Shown here piece by piece: positions 52,567 through 62,477 of a DNA stretch of 64,000 nt. Source of the DNA: Acidobacteriota bacterium (GTDB lineage: Bacteria; Acidobacteriota; UBA890; WLXD01); NCBI GenBank assembly GCA_965205505.1, contig CBDBHB010000007.1, positions 96,001-160,000 of the forward strand. The letters run 5' to 3'. Each line of letters opens with the position of its first letter. Position 1 is the stretch's first letter. The notes beneath the pieces are model-generated. The model saw only the letters and a list, made by a program, of their open reading frames with translations, had not been told where the DNA came from and did not search any database. The position numbers and the translations under genes were made by a program.

Positions 52567-54192
52567 TCATACGCCATTTTCGGAAATCGGAGCCGGCTCG
52601 TCTTCGATGCCGAGGTTGCGTCGCAGCCTGGCGAGCTCGTCTTGTAGCTCCGTCTGCAGCTCGTCATGCGTGGGGTCGCCATGGATGCTCTTGATCTCGT
52701 GTGGGTCGGTCGACAGATCGAACATCTCCCACTCATCGGTGTCCGGGAACCGCACCAACTTGTGCCGGTCGGTAATCACGCCGTAGTGCTCGGCCACGGC
52801 GTGCGGGCCGTCGAGCCCCTCGTAGTAGTGATAGTAGAAACTCTCGCGCCAATCTTCGGGCGTCTCGCCGCGCAACACAGGCACGAGGCTGCGTCCATGC
52901 ATGCTCTCGGGCGCCTCGAGCTCGGCGACGTCGAGAAAAGTCGGCGCGAAGTCGAGGTTCGACACCATCAGCGGGCTGACCCCTCCGGGGGCGGTCCCGC
53001 CAGGCCAGCGAACCAGCAGCGGTGTGCGCAATGACTCCTCGTAGATCCAACGCTTGTCGAACCAACCGTGCTCGCCCAGATAGAAGCCTTGGTCCGACGC
53101 ATATACCACGAGGGTTCTATCGGCGAGACCCAGCGTTTCGAGGGAGTCGAGCACGCGTCCGACGCTGGTGTCGATGGCGGCGATCGTACGCAGATAGTCT
53201 CGCAGATACTCCTGATACTTCCAGCGGACGAGCTCGCGATCGGCGAGCCCGGCGGCGGCGAACTTCTCGTTGCGCGGGGAATACGTGGCGTCCCAGGTGG
53301 CACGCTGCTCGGGTGTGAGCCGTCCTATCAGGCGCTCCCAATACTCAGCCTCCCCGTCCGGCGAGCCCGGGGCGCTCGGCCACACCTTGAGGTCCGATAC
53401 CAGCGTCATGTGCCGGTCGATCTCCATCTCCTGGCTCGACGCCGGGCTGGCGCGGCCGGAGTAGTCGTCGAACAACGTCGGCGGCTCTGGGAACACGGTG
53501 TCCGTATATGCGCTCAGCTCGGCTGGGCCCGGCATCCAGTTGCGATGCGGGGCCTTGTGCCCCAGCCACATGAAGAACGGGCGCTCCGGGTCGCGCTCGT
53601 TGCCAAGCCAATCGATCGCCAGGTCGGTGATCACCTCGGGTACGTAGCCTATACGGCGCACCGTGCCCACGGGGGTCCGCAGATCTGGGTTGTAGTAATT
53701 GCCTTGTCCCGGCAGCACCTCCCAGCGATCAAACCCGGTAGGGGCGCTCTTCAGGTGCCATTTGCCGAAGGCCGCGGTCTCGTAGCCGGCGGCCTGCAGC
53801 AGCTTGGGAAAGGTGGTCTGCGAGCCGTCGAACTCGCCGAGGTTGTCGAGCACGCCGTTGACGTGGCTGTACATGCCCGTCAACACGACAGCGCGGCTCG
53901 GCGCGCAGATCGAGTTGGTCACCAGCGCTCGATTGAAACGCATACCGGCGTTGGCAATGCGGTCGATGTTCGGCGTCTCGTTGAGGACCGAGCCGTAGGC
54001 GCCGATTGCCTGATACGCGTGGTCGTCGGCGAAGATGAAGAGGATGTTCGGTGGCGAGTCGCCACCGATGACAGCGCTCGATCCCCCTGAGCTGCAGCCG
54101 CACATCACACCCAGCAAGATCGCGGCCGCAACGGGGATACGGGCTGGGAGCCTGCATCGTAAGCTGGCCGACCTCGGCCATCGAACGGCCAT
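52567..54192 (-). CDS. Cys-type (FGly) sulfatase, probable lipoprotein; start uncertain
   Basis: PNILFIFADDH, NSICAPSRA, GKWHL, SDQGFYLGEHGWFDKR. Confidence 0.93.
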   Translation of the reverse strand: MAVRWPRSASLRCRLPARIPVAAAILLGVMCGCSSGGSSAVIGGDSPPNILFIFADDHAYQAIGAYGSVLNETPNIDRIANAGMRFNRALVTNSICAPSRAVVLTGMYSHVNGVLDNLGEFDGSQTTFPKLLQAAGYETAAFGKWHLKSAPTGFDRWEVLPGQGNYYNPDLRTPVGTVRRIGYVPEVITDLAIDWLGNERDPERPFFMWLGHKAPHRNWMPGPAELSAYTDTVFPEPPTLFDDYSGRASPASSQEMEIDRHMTLVSDLKVWPSAPGSPDGEAEYWERLIGRLTPEQRATWDATYSPRNEKFAAAGLADRELVRWKYQEYLRDYLRTIAAIDTSVGRVLDSLETLGLADRTLVVYASDQGFYLGEHGWFDKRWIYEESLRTPLLVRWPGGTAPGGVSPLMVSNLDFAPTFLDVAELEAPESMHGRSLVPVLRGETPEDWRESFYYHYYEGLDGPHAVAEHYGVITDRHKLVRFPDTDEWEMFDLSTDPHEIKSIHGDPTHDELQTELQDELARLRRNLGIEDEPAPISENGV

Positions 54193-54277
54193 CGCGTACC
54201 CCAGCGAAATTGCCCGCGGTCTCGGTCGGCTCCGGAGGCCATGATCCGAATAGTCAGCGCGCATGGCGCACACTCAG

Positions 54278-54315
54278 GACGAAGGCGCCCGCGGATGAAT
54301 CCGGGGCGCCTCGTC
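54278..54315. repeat. GC-rich hairpin (REP-like or terminator) downstream of tRNA-Asn
   Basis: AGGCGCCC-GCGGATGAATCCG-GGGCGCCT. Confidence 0.5.
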
Positions 54316-54351
54316 GACACGGTAAGTTTCGCAACTACGGCAAGAAAGAAG

Positions 54352-54424
54352 CTCCTGAGGTAGGACTTGAACCTACAACCCTCCGGTTAACAGCCGGATG
54401 CTCTGCCAATTGAGCTACTCAGGA
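54352..54424 (-). tRNA. tRNA-Asn (GTT), CCA not encoded
   Basis: TCCTGAG acceptor stem, TAGCTCAATTGGCAGAGC D-arm, CTGTTAA anticodon loop, GGTTCAAGTCC T-arm. Confidence 0.96.
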
Positions 54425-54515
54425 AACAAGAGGCGTCGGAACGCCTGTTGCTGACGTGGCGCAGAGTTGGAGCGACACCGCCAGCGCGGAAAAGGTACCA
54501 CCGTTGTCCACTCGG

Positions 54516-55118
54516 CTATAGCTCCCGGCGCCCCTCCAGCGCTCGCGACATGGTGACCTCATCGGCGTACTCGATATCGCCTCCCACCGGGATACCTGCA
54601 GCGATCCGCGTCACCGTGGCGCCGGTGGGCTTCAGCAGCCTGGCCAGGTAGGCTGCGGTCGCCTCTCCCTCGACGGTCGGGTTGGTCGCCACGATCACCT
54701 CGCGCACGTGGTTGTCGCGCACGCGCTGCTCGAGCTGGCCGAGATGGAGCTCGTCGGGCCCGATTCCGTCGAGCGGCGACAGTGACCCGCCGAGGACGTG
54801 ATAGCGGCCTCGGAAGCGACTGGTGCGCTCGATCGCCGCGAGGTCGTGTCCTTCCTCGACGACGCACAGCAGCGAATCGTCGCGGTTGGGATCCGTACAG
54901 TAAGCACACGGGTCCGCGTCGCTCAGCAAGTTGCAACGGCCGCAGGGACGGATCTTCCGCCGCACCTCGAGCAGCGCCTCGGCCAGCTCCTGCGTCTCGG
55001 ACTCCGGTGCCTTGAGTAGGTAGAACGCCAGTCGTTGGGCCGTCTTCCGTCCGATCGTCGGCAGGCGTTGCAGTCGGTCGATAAGGTCCGCCACCGGACC
55101 CGACTCGGTATAGCTCAC
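54516..55118 (-). CDS. recR: Recombination mediator RecR
   Basis: LPTIGRKTAQRLA, CxxC..CxxC, YHVLGG, ATNPTVEGEATA, GIPVGGDIEYAD. Confidence 0.97.
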   Translation of the reverse strand: MSYTESGPVADLIDRLQRLPTIGRKTAQRLAFYLLKAPESETQELAEALLEVRRKIRPCGRCNLLSDADPCAYCTDPNRDDSLLCVVEEGHDLAAIERTSRFRGRYHVLGGSLSPLDGIGPDELHLGQLEQRVRDNHVREVIVATNPTVEGEATAAYLARLLKPTGATVTRIAAGIPVGGDIEYADEVTMSRALEGRREL

Positions 55119-55120
55119 GG

Positions 55121-55432
55121 CTACCCGAGCAGGCCGCCGAGTGCACCGAGGCCACCCGGAATCATGCCGCCGATCTTCTGTTGCGCCTGCTCGTCGGCCC
55201 GGCGCACCGCTTCTCCGACCGCTGATACCACGAGGTCTTGCAACATCTCCACGTCATCGGGATCGACCACGGCGGGCTCGATCTTGAGCTCCAATAGGGC
55301 CTTTGCGCCGTTCACGGTTGCCGTGACCATGCCGCCACCAACCGAAGCCGTAACACGCATTTCCTCGAGCTCGGCCTGCAGCTTCTCTTGCATCTGCTGC
55401 GCTTGGCGCATCATCTTCTTGATGTCCATCAT
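55121..55432 (-). CDS. ybaB: YbaB/EbfC nucleoid-associated protein
   Basis: MMRQAQQMQ, GGGMV, DVEMLQDLV; between dnaX and recR. Confidence 0.94.
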   Translation of the reverse strand: MMDIKKMMRQAQQMQEKLQAELEEMRVTASVGGGMVTATVNGAKALLELKIEPAVVDPDDVEMLQDLVVSAVGEAVRRADEQAQQKIGGMIPGGLGALGGLLG

Positions 55433-55436
55433 CGAC

Positions 55437-57428
55437 TCACGACTCCTCTACAGAGATGACTTGGCCCTTGAGTTCGCGCAGTAGGTCCTGCACCAGCGGC
55501 TCGCTCTCGGCTCGTTCCAGGAGCGCGCTGGAAGCGCTCTGAATATCGTCTGGCGGTGTTCCGCCGTCGTGCGGGGAGGGCTGCCCCAGCGTTGGTGTCT
55601 TGGCGGGGCCGCCCGGGGTCGCTCCGGCATCGGCTTCGCCCACGTTTGACGCGGATCCGCGGGGGTCGCCACTGTCAAGCTCGACTCGCGCTGCTACTGG
55701 CCTACCGGCCGCGGCGCTACAGGCTGCCGACAGCGCGGGGAGAACCTGCGGGTCACGCACGCGCTGCGCGAAGATGCTGGCGCTCGACGGGAAGCGCAGG
55801 GTTACCGTGTGCTCGTCGAGGTCAATACCACTGGTGCGCCCCAGCACCTGGGCCACCAGTGGGTGCGAGGCCTCGAGCGCCCGTTGAATCCCACTCAGCA
55901 AGTCGGCGTGATCGTTGCCAGCCGCCGTGACGGACACCGGCTCGTGAGCTGCCGTGGGAGCGCTACTGCCGCTCATGGGCGGCGCATCGGGCTCCGGGGG
56001 CAGCGGAGGTTGCTCCTCTGTCGGCGGCGCAGCGGCCGGCGCTGACGTAGTGGCTGGCAGGGGCGCAGCGGCCGGCGCTGGGGTAGTGGCTGGTAGGGGG
56101 GCAGTGGCTGGCAACGGCGCTGAGGTCGGCGTTGGCGCCGTAGTCGTTGTCGGGGCCTCGGCCGGTATCGGTGCGGCCCGCTGGGTACGGTCGGTCTTAC
56201 GAGACGATGAGCCGGCCGCGCCGTGCGTCGAGCGCCGACCGCTCGGGGCGCTGCCACTGCTGCCGCTACCGCGGTTACCGGACGGTGCGCCGACGGCCTC
56301 GATGAGGCTACGGATGGGCTCCAAGCTCGGCATTCGGGCGAGCCGCGAAAGCACCACTTCGACGTGGTAGCGGGGGTGCTCGGCCACCTTGATCCGGTAC
56401 TCATTGGCCGCTAGCAGTGAAAATGCTCGATCGAGGTCGTCGACCTCGAACTGCTCTGCCTGCTCACGCAGGCGATCGATGTCGGTCGCTGGCAGATGCA
56501 GGATGTCGCCCGGATCCGCCACGCTGTGCACCACCAACAGGTTACGGAAATGGCCGAGCAGATCGATCGTGAACTGGTGTAGGTCGACGCCCTGTTCGAC
56601 CATCTCGTTGACCAAGCCGAGCACGCCGGCGATGTCGCCGGCAGCCACCAGATCGGTCGAGCGGAAGAGCAACAGGCGATCGACCAGCCCGAGCAAATCG
56701 ACCACGGTCGACTGATCGATGCGGTCGCCGGCAAACGCGATGAGCTTGTCGAGCAGGCTCTGGGCATCGCGCAAGCTGCCGTCTGCCGCGGCGGCGATCA
56801 ACGCCAGGCCGTCGGCCGATACGTCGATGCTCTCCGCCTTCGCGATGCGACCGAGATGCGCACCGATCTCACGCTGGCTGATGCGCGCAAACTGATAGTG
56901 CTGACAGCGCGAGAGGATCGTCGGCAGGATCTTGTTGGGCTCGGTGGTTGCGAGCACGAAGACGATGTACTCCGGGGGCTCCTCCAGGACCTTCAGCAAG
57001 GCATTGGATGCCTCGGTGGTGAGCATGTGAGCCTCGTCGAGGATCATCACCTTGTAGCGATCGCGCGACGGCGCGTAGCGTGCGATCTCGATGAGCTCCT
57101 TCATCTCGTGGATACCGCGGTCCGATGCCGCGTCGCGCTCAAAAACGTCGAGCGCGCGGCTGTCCATGATCTCCAGGCATGATTCGCATTCGCCGCAGGG
57201 CGTCGACGTCGGCGTGTCGCTGGCGCGGCAGTTGAGACCGCGGGCGAGCAACCGAGCCAGGGTTGTCTTGCCGACGCCGCGGATCCCCGAGAAGCAATAG
57301 GCGTGTGCCACGCGCCCCTGGTCGAGGGCGTTCGCCAGCGTCTGGACGACCGCCCGCTGTCCGACGACGTCCTCGAACTGCTGCGGTCGCCACTTGCGGG
57401 CGAGTACCTGATAGTTCTGACGACCCAT
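55437..57428 (-). CDS. dnaX: DNA polymerase III subunit gamma/tau
   Basis: LARKWRPQQFEDVVGQ, GIRGVGKTT, PCGECESC, ILDEAHML, TILSRCQ. Confidence 0.97.
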   Translation of the reverse strand: MGRQNYQVLARKWRPQQFEDVVGQRAVVQTLANALDQGRVAHAYCFSGIRGVGKTTLARLLARGLNCRASDTPTSTPCGECESCLEIMDSRALDVFERDAASDRGIHEMKELIEIARYAPSRDRYKVMILDEAHMLTTEASNALLKVLEEPPEYIVFVLATTEPNKILPTILSRCQHYQFARISQREIGAHLGRIAKAESIDVSADGLALIAAAADGSLRDAQSLLDKLIAFAGDRIDQSTVVDLLGLVDRLLLFRSTDLVAAGDIAGVLGLVNEMVEQGVDLHQFTIDLLGHFRNLLVVHSVADPGDILHLPATDIDRLREQAEQFEVDDLDRAFSLLAANEYRIKVAEHPRYHVEVVLSRLARMPSLEPIRSLIEAVGAPSGNRGSGSSGSAPSGRRSTHGAAGSSSRKTDRTQRAAPIPAEAPTTTTAPTPTSAPLPATAPLPATTPAPAAAPLPATTSAPAAAPPTEEQPPLPPEPDAPPMSGSSAPTAAHEPVSVTAAGNDHADLLSGIQRALEASHPLVAQVLGRTSGIDLDEHTVTLRFPSSASIFAQRVRDPQVLPALSAACSAAAGRPVAARVELDSGDPRGSASNVGEADAGATPGGPAKTPTLGQPSPHDGGTPPDDIQSASSALLERAESEPLVQDLLRELKGQVISVEES
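56028..56121. repeat. Coding tandem repeat (36-bp unit plus 18-bp partial units) in the DnaX linker
   Basis: GCAGCGGCCGGCGCTG..GTAGTGGCTGG.AGGGG repeated; encodes APLPAT(T-APAA) units. Confidence 0.75.
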
Positions 57429-57499
57429 GGCTGACCGGAAAATCAGGGAAGATACGGCAAAGTACCGCTGTGTTCGTTGAGCTTCTTCGTGCTACCAAC

Positions 57500-57611
57500 G
57501 AGACGAACGCCGGGTGATCCTGCGGCACCTGCAGTTGCCCGCTTAGCGCTGCTCCCTTCCGGGCCTGACGCGGTTCACGAGTCTGCACCGCACAGGGCCC
57601 GGCGCCGTCTC
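57500..57611 (-). ncRNA. ffs: Signal recognition particle RNA (small SRP)
   Basis: Domain IV motif GTCAGGCCCGGAAGGGAGCAGC inside a long hairpin closed by GAGACG...CGTCTC; upstream of dnaX. Confidence 0.95.
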
Positions 57612-57785
57612 AAGACGCTGACGGCGGCGGCTCACCGCCGGAAATCGTGTCGATCACCCGGCCGTAGCGGAGCGAGCTGCGCCTCGCCACGGCCGAAGTG
57701 CCGATGGTGCCACGCGAGCCGGAGGGCCAGCAAGCGAGCCCCCGAGCAATCCGGTCCACAAAACTGTGATGTGCAGCGCAGCAGG

Positions 57786-59534
57786 TCAGTTGGCTGCAGG
57801 CTGCTTGATGAAACGGATCCGGACACGCCCGGCATTGAGCCGGAACCCGGTGACCGTACCCGCCTCACGCAGAAACTCTACCGTTCCCGCCGGCCCGGAG
57901 AAGCTGTCGGGTCCGAGGCGTTGGAGTGTTGCCGGGGCCCGGCCGGCCAGACCAAACGACACGCCGTCGCTGCTGGCGGCGACTTCGTAGGCGACCTCCA
58001 CTTCGTCGCTCCAATAGCGACCGGAGTATGCCGCGCGCTCCGCCGCAGTCATGGGTGGCAGGTTGGGTATTCGCGCCAGGGTAAGCTCGACAACGCCCGC
58101 GATGGCGATGGTTGTCTCTTGCGCTGGCGCGTCAGCCGGCGCGAACGTAACTGACAGGAGCTGCCCGTCGAAGTCACTGATAAAGCGCGCCGGTCCTACG
58201 GCGGTAAGCGAACGCGTGCCGCCCAGGGCATCGGCGATGAGCACGAGCCGATCGTCCTGGATGCTCGTTTCCGCCGTCATGCCCGATGCTTCGTGAAGCC
58301 ACGAGGCAGCCTTGTTCTCGAGCGCGATGCGCGGCAGCTCCACCGGGTCGAGGGCGCCGGCAGGATCGGCAGCTGTCTCTGCCGGGGCGTCGTCCTCGAA
58401 CCGATCGGTCAGGTAGATGTCAGCTACCTCGTCGCAGAGTCCCGATGGGTTGATCGAGCCGAGGTTCGCTAGACAGATCACGGTGAATTCCTCGCTCGGA
58501 TATCGCACCATGTCGGCCCGAAAGCCGACGAAGCCGCCGGCGTGGCGAACCATCCGGAGCCCGCGGCGCTCCGACACCGAAAGCCCGAAGGCGTACTCGA
58601 GCTCTTCGCCATTGGTCAGGCTGCCCGTCTGGTGCATTAACCTGGTGAGTTCGGCACCGAAGATGTCGCTGTAGAACGCCTGATCCCACGAAAACAGGTC
58701 TTCGACGGTCGTGAACACTCCGCCGTCTCCCACGTGGTCGAGTGTGGTGTTGGCGATGCGGAAGCCATCTTCGGAGGAGGCGTAGCCATCGGCTCGGTTC
58801 CGCACCGGCAAAGTGTGGTCGTCATGGAAGTGGGTGTTGTCCATGCCGAGGGGCCGGAAGATGCGCTCCTGGGCGAACTCAGCCAGCGTCTGTCCGGTGA
58901 CGCGCTCGACGATCATGCCCATCAGCAGGTAGCCGGAGTTCGAATAGAGATGCTCGTCGCCGGGCAGGAAGTTGAGCTCTCGCTGCCGGGTGAGCAGCTC
59001 GAGGCTGTCCTCTGGGGTGTAGTAGTCGTCACCCCGCAGGCCACGCACAGCGAACTCCAGGGTCAGGTAGTCCCGTAGCCCGCTCATGTGGTGTACCAAG
59101 TGCTCGACGGTGACCGGCCGCGGGTACTCGGGCATCTCCGGCAGATACTCACGGATATCGTCCTCGAGCGAGATCTTGTTCTCGATCGCCAGGATGCCGA
59201 TACACGCGGCAGTGAACTGCTTCGAAGTCGAGCCGATGCGGAACACGGTCGTCGGCGAGATCGGCACGCCATGCTCGAGGTTGGCCATGCCGTAGCCTCG
59301 CGCGTAGACGAGCTCGCCGTGATGGATGACACCAAGCGCCACGCCCGGAGACCTTGTCGAGTCCCAGGCCGCGAAGATCTCGTCGACGCGCTCCGAAAGC
59401 TCGTCGGTAGCAGCGCTGACGATCGTTCCACCGCCGACTGGTGGCTCGGCGGGCCCTTGGGCCAATACCAGCGATGCCCCGGGGGCGAGGAGCAACAAGC
59501 AAGTCAGCAGCGCGCTCCGGACGGTGATCTTCAT
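57786..59534 (-). CDS. Secreted serine hydrolase (beta-lactamase/D-aminopeptidase-like)
   Basis: Signal peptide; FRIGSTSKQF, YSNSGY, GDGG, HAGG. Confidence 0.92.
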   Translation of the reverse strand: MKITVRSALLTCLLLLAPGASLVLAQGPAEPPVGGGTIVSAATDELSERVDEIFAAWDSTRSPGVALGVIHHGELVYARGYGMANLEHGVPISPTTVFRIGSTSKQFTAACIGILAIENKISLEDDIREYLPEMPEYPRPVTVEHLVHHMSGLRDYLTLEFAVRGLRGDDYYTPEDSLELLTRQRELNFLPGDEHLYSNSGYLLMGMIVERVTGQTLAEFAQERIFRPLGMDNTHFHDDHTLPVRNRADGYASSEDGFRIANTTLDHVGDGGVFTTVEDLFSWDQAFYSDIFGAELTRLMHQTGSLTNGEELEYAFGLSVSERRGLRMVRHAGGFVGFRADMVRYPSEEFTVICLANLGSINPSGLCDEVADIYLTDRFEDDAPAETAADPAGALDPVELPRIALENKAASWLHEASGMTAETSIQDDRLVLIADALGGTRSLTAVGPARFISDFDGQLLSVTFAPADAPAQETTIAIAGVVELTLARIPNLPPMTAAERAAYSGRYWSDEVEVAYEVAASSDGVSFGLAGRAPATLQRLGPDSFSGPAGTVEFLREAGTVTGFRLNAGRVRIRFIKQPAAN

Positions 59535-59624
59535 GGTTTTCCCCGAGGTCGGTCTTTGCCGGGCTGCTTCGCGATCGACGGGTTGTCTACGGCCCGAATG
59601 GCGCGGCAGCCCGCAAAGTGAACA

Positions 59625-59637
59625 GGCGGAGAAGGTG
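59625..59637 (-). other. Possible att site: tRNA 3'-end-like fragment
   Basis: Minus strand CACCTTCTCCGCC resembles tRNA-Ser 3' ends; abrupt drop in GC follows; integrase adjacent. Confidence 0.4.
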
Positions 59638-59853
59638 ACCGCTATTTGACGGTTCCGTCATGTTCTATTACCTTCCTAAAATGTCCTAGAACACCAATAT
59701 ATACAGATAGTTACAGTTACTACGACCGCCTTGCGTGTTCCATCGAAATCCGTTACATTCCAGATTGTAATTGTATATGGGATTGTTGTTTCTGAGTTCT
59801 ACCCCTCCGCCCACAACCACTACATACGGTATCGCGGCAGCAGGACGGACACC

Positions 59854-61062
59854 ATGCCCAAGCAGCGCGGCAGCAGGCATCCGGTCAAGGCGCTGAGCGC
59901 CCAGTTTGTGCGCAATGCTCCGCCGGGTTTCTATTGCGACGGCAACGGCCTGAACTTGCGCGTGGATCCGTCGGGCGTGCGGCGCTGGGTGCAGCGGCTT
60001 GTGATCCAAGGCCGGCCACGGACGCTGGGCCTGGGAGGCTGGCCGCTGGTGTCGCTGTCGGAGGCGCGCGAGGTGGCGTTTGCAAACCGCAAGCTGGCAC
60101 GCGCTGGCGGAGACCCGCTGAGCGACAAGCGCAAGGCCCGGGATACGCCGAGTTTCGCGCAAGCGGCTGCAAAGGTGATCGAGATGCACCGCCCTGGCTG
60201 GCGCAACGCCAAGCACGCGGCGCAGTGGGAGTCCACGCTTACTACGTATGCCTTCCCCCGCATCGGTGCGATGCCGGTGTCGGAGGTAACAACGGCCGAG
60301 GTGTTGGAGGTACTGGAACCGATCTGGCATGAAAAGCCCGAGACCGCACGGAGGGTGCGGCAGCGCATCAGCGCGGTGATGAAGTGGGCCGTGGCGCAGG
60401 GGTACCGTGGCGACAACCCGGCCGGCGACGCCATCGCCCAGGCGCTGCCACGACACAGCAAGGTCAGAGCCCACATGCGCGCCTTGCCTCATGCCAAGGT
60501 GGCCGGTGCGATCGAGGCGGTGCGGGCTTCGGATGCCTCGATGAGTGTGAAGCTGGCCTTCGAGTTTCTGGTGTTGACGGCATCCCGCTCCGGCGAGGTG
60601 CGGTTGGCTACGTGGCAGGAGATGGACCGGGAGGCGGGGGAGTGGACAGTTGCGGCCGAGCGCATGAAGTCGAAGCGTGCCCACCGGGTACCGCTGTCGA
60701 CTCGAGCCTTGGAGATCCTGAGCCAGGCGCGGGCACTGTCGGATAGGGAGACACTGGTGTTCCCAGGCTCGCGAGCTGGTAAGCCGCTGTCGGACGCAAC
60801 GTTTTCCAAGCTCATGCGGCAGCTGGGTATCGCCGCGGTACCGCACGGGTTCCGCTCATCGTTCCGGGATTGGGCGGCGGAGTGCACCAACGCACCGCGG
60901 ACGGTCATGGAGGCGGCCCTGGCGCATGTAGTACGCGACCGGACCGAGGCGGCCTATGCGCGCTCCGACCTGCTGGAGCGCCGCCGGCAGCTAATGAACG
61001 ACTGGGCCGCTTACCTGAGCGCTGAGGGCGGCAAGGTGGTACCAATGCTGCGTCCTGCCTAG
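59854..61062 (+). CDS. P4-type tyrosine integrase
   Basis: Arm-binding DGNGLNL...LGGWPLVSLSEAR; catalytic R (TASRSGE), K, HGFRSSFR, LAH, AAY. Confidence 0.95.
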   Translation: MPKQRGSRHPVKALSAQFVRNAPPGFYCDGNGLNLRVDPSGVRRWVQRLVIQGRPRTLGLGGWPLVSLSEAREVAFANRKLARAGGDPLSDKRKARDTPSFAQAAAKVIEMHRPGWRNAKHAAQWESTLTTYAFPRIGAMPVSEVTTAEVLEVLEPIWHEKPETARRVRQRISAVMKWAVAQGYRGDNPAGDAIAQALPRHSKVRAHMRALPHAKVAGAIEAVRASDASMSVKLAFEFLVLTASRSGEVRLATWQEMDREAGEWTVAAERMKSKRAHRVPLSTRALEILSQARALSDRETLVFPGSRAGKPLSDATFSKLMRQLGIAAVPHGFRSSFRDWAAECTNAPRTVMEAALAHVVRDRTEAAYARSDLLERRRQLMNDWAAYLSAEGGKVVPMLRPA

Positions 61063-61178
61063 AGAGTCCTGATGCCCATCCAGTGTCAGAGCCTGTCCGT
61101 CGCGCTGCGTCACCCTCAGGCGCAGGTTGCGGTCCTCGTACGATGGAGATGTCACTCCGCCGACGGTGAAGGGGCAGG

Positions 61179-61373
61179 CTAATCACCCCTGGGCATGGCA
61201 ATCGGACGGTTATCTGCCCACTCTTGGATTTCCTCCTGTCGCCAGGCTACGGCACGGCGGCCAATGCGCACTGGACGGGGAAACTCCCCCGCCTCCATCG
61301 CAGCGTAGATCGTGGAGCGGGAAAGCCCGATCATCTCCTCGACGTCGGCGCGGCGAAGGAATCTAGTCGTCAT
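61179..61373 (-). CDS. AlpA-family regulator/excisionase
   Basis: FLRRADVEEMIGLSRSTIY...FPRPVRIGRRAVAW. Confidence 0.92.
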   Translation of the reverse strand: MTTRFLRRADVEEMIGLSRSTIYAAMEAGEFPRPVRIGRRAVAWRQEEIQEWADNRPIAMPRGD

Positions 61374-61818
61374 CGTTTGTCTCCTCCTCTGAGGCTGCGC
61401 GCAGAAGCTTACGGAACGCTGTTGGGTCTTCGACTTGAAGGCGCTTCAGCCTGTTCAGTTCGAGCGCGGATCTAATCGACTCAGGCGCTTCCTCTAGCAA
61501 TCGTTCTTCCTGTGCGCCGAGCCAATCAACGACCTCACCTATTGTCCTAGCGTTGCCGAAGACCGGCGTCGTGGAGATCGTCAAGCTCGTGGGGTGACGA
61601 GCCTCGAAGCCCAGCTGACCTTCGATCAGATCCCCAAGAAATCGGCCGCGCGCGCCGGCGACTTGATGCGGCGTGGGGTAATCGCCGGTGAAAACGGCAG
61701 CTTGGGTTAGCTCTTTGGAAATGAACGCATCGAGCATTGCGACGTGCCTCTTTTCGAGCCGGATCACGACGGCCTTTTCGTCGTCGGCCTTTGTAGGTCT
61801 TCCCTGTTTTTGACCCAT
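61363..61818 (-). CDS. Hypothetical protein, possible N-terminal RHH DNA-binding motif
   Basis: GGAGG RBS; GRP...VVIRLEKRHVAMLD; 3' end overlaps alpA start. Confidence 0.6.
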   Translation of the reverse strand: MGQKQGRPTKADDEKAVVIRLEKRHVAMLDAFISKELTQAAVFTGDYPTPHQVAGARGRFLGDLIEGQLGFEARHPTSLTISTTPVFGNARTIGEVVDWLGAQEERLLEEAPESIRSALELNRLKRLQVEDPTAFRKLLRAASEEETNDDD

Positions 61819-62119
61819 TGCCCCTCCGCTCTCATCTGAGCGACAAGGCACAGCCTATATGGTCCGCAAAAGCCTTTCAAGGTCTTACAATAGTTAATTA
61901 GATCGATGGCATCTTCTAGATTCCCTCGCGCGGCAAACGTGCCCCTCGGATCAGGCGGTAGCCGAACGATAGCCGGGGGCCGGCGTGTCGAGCTGGGACG
62001 GCCAGCTCAGCGACCCACCTGAGAGTGAGCGGCTGCACGGTGCCGCGCAGGAAGCACCGCCCGGGCTTCACGGGCGCCGGTGCCGGGCCGATGATGTGTG
62101 GTTGCCAATGCGAGGCGGG

Positions 62120-62310
62120 CTACTGGCCGGCCACGTGGATGAGGATCTCACCGACACGGTTCTGGCCGCACATCTACACGTCGGAGCCGACTACCGGCTC
62201 GATGACCATACGCAGCTGGGATTGCGGCTGAGCTACTCGATGCTGGGAGCTATAGAAGACTCCGGCGCATACACGTCGCACCGGTGGCACGCGGAGGATC
62301 CAGTGCCCAA
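62120..62310 (+). pseudogene. Fragment resembling the C-terminal part of an outer-membrane beta-barrel protein
   Basis: DTVLAAHLHVGADYRLDDHTQLGLRLSYS amphipathic strands with no matching N-terminus. Confidence 0.4.
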
Positions 62311-62477
62311 ACCTGTCCGTCGCAGCGTCACGCCCAACACGTTCCAAATCGCTGGGCTCGTCATTCGCATTGGCGCGGCCGGGAGTTCAGGCCGCTGCCG
62401 CGGACATTGGCTATCAGTAAGGCCATTCGCGACGCGGTCCGAGCGGTACTCTCTATCGCCGCCGTAACGTCGATGGG

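Noticed and set aside
55437-57428. Programmed dnaX gamma frameshift
   Set aside because: No A-AAA-AAG or poly-A slippery tract noticed
59731-59853. N-terminal extension of the integrase
   Set aside because: AT-rich att-like DNA; ATG 59854 has an AGGA/GGA RBS and precedes the arm-binding domain
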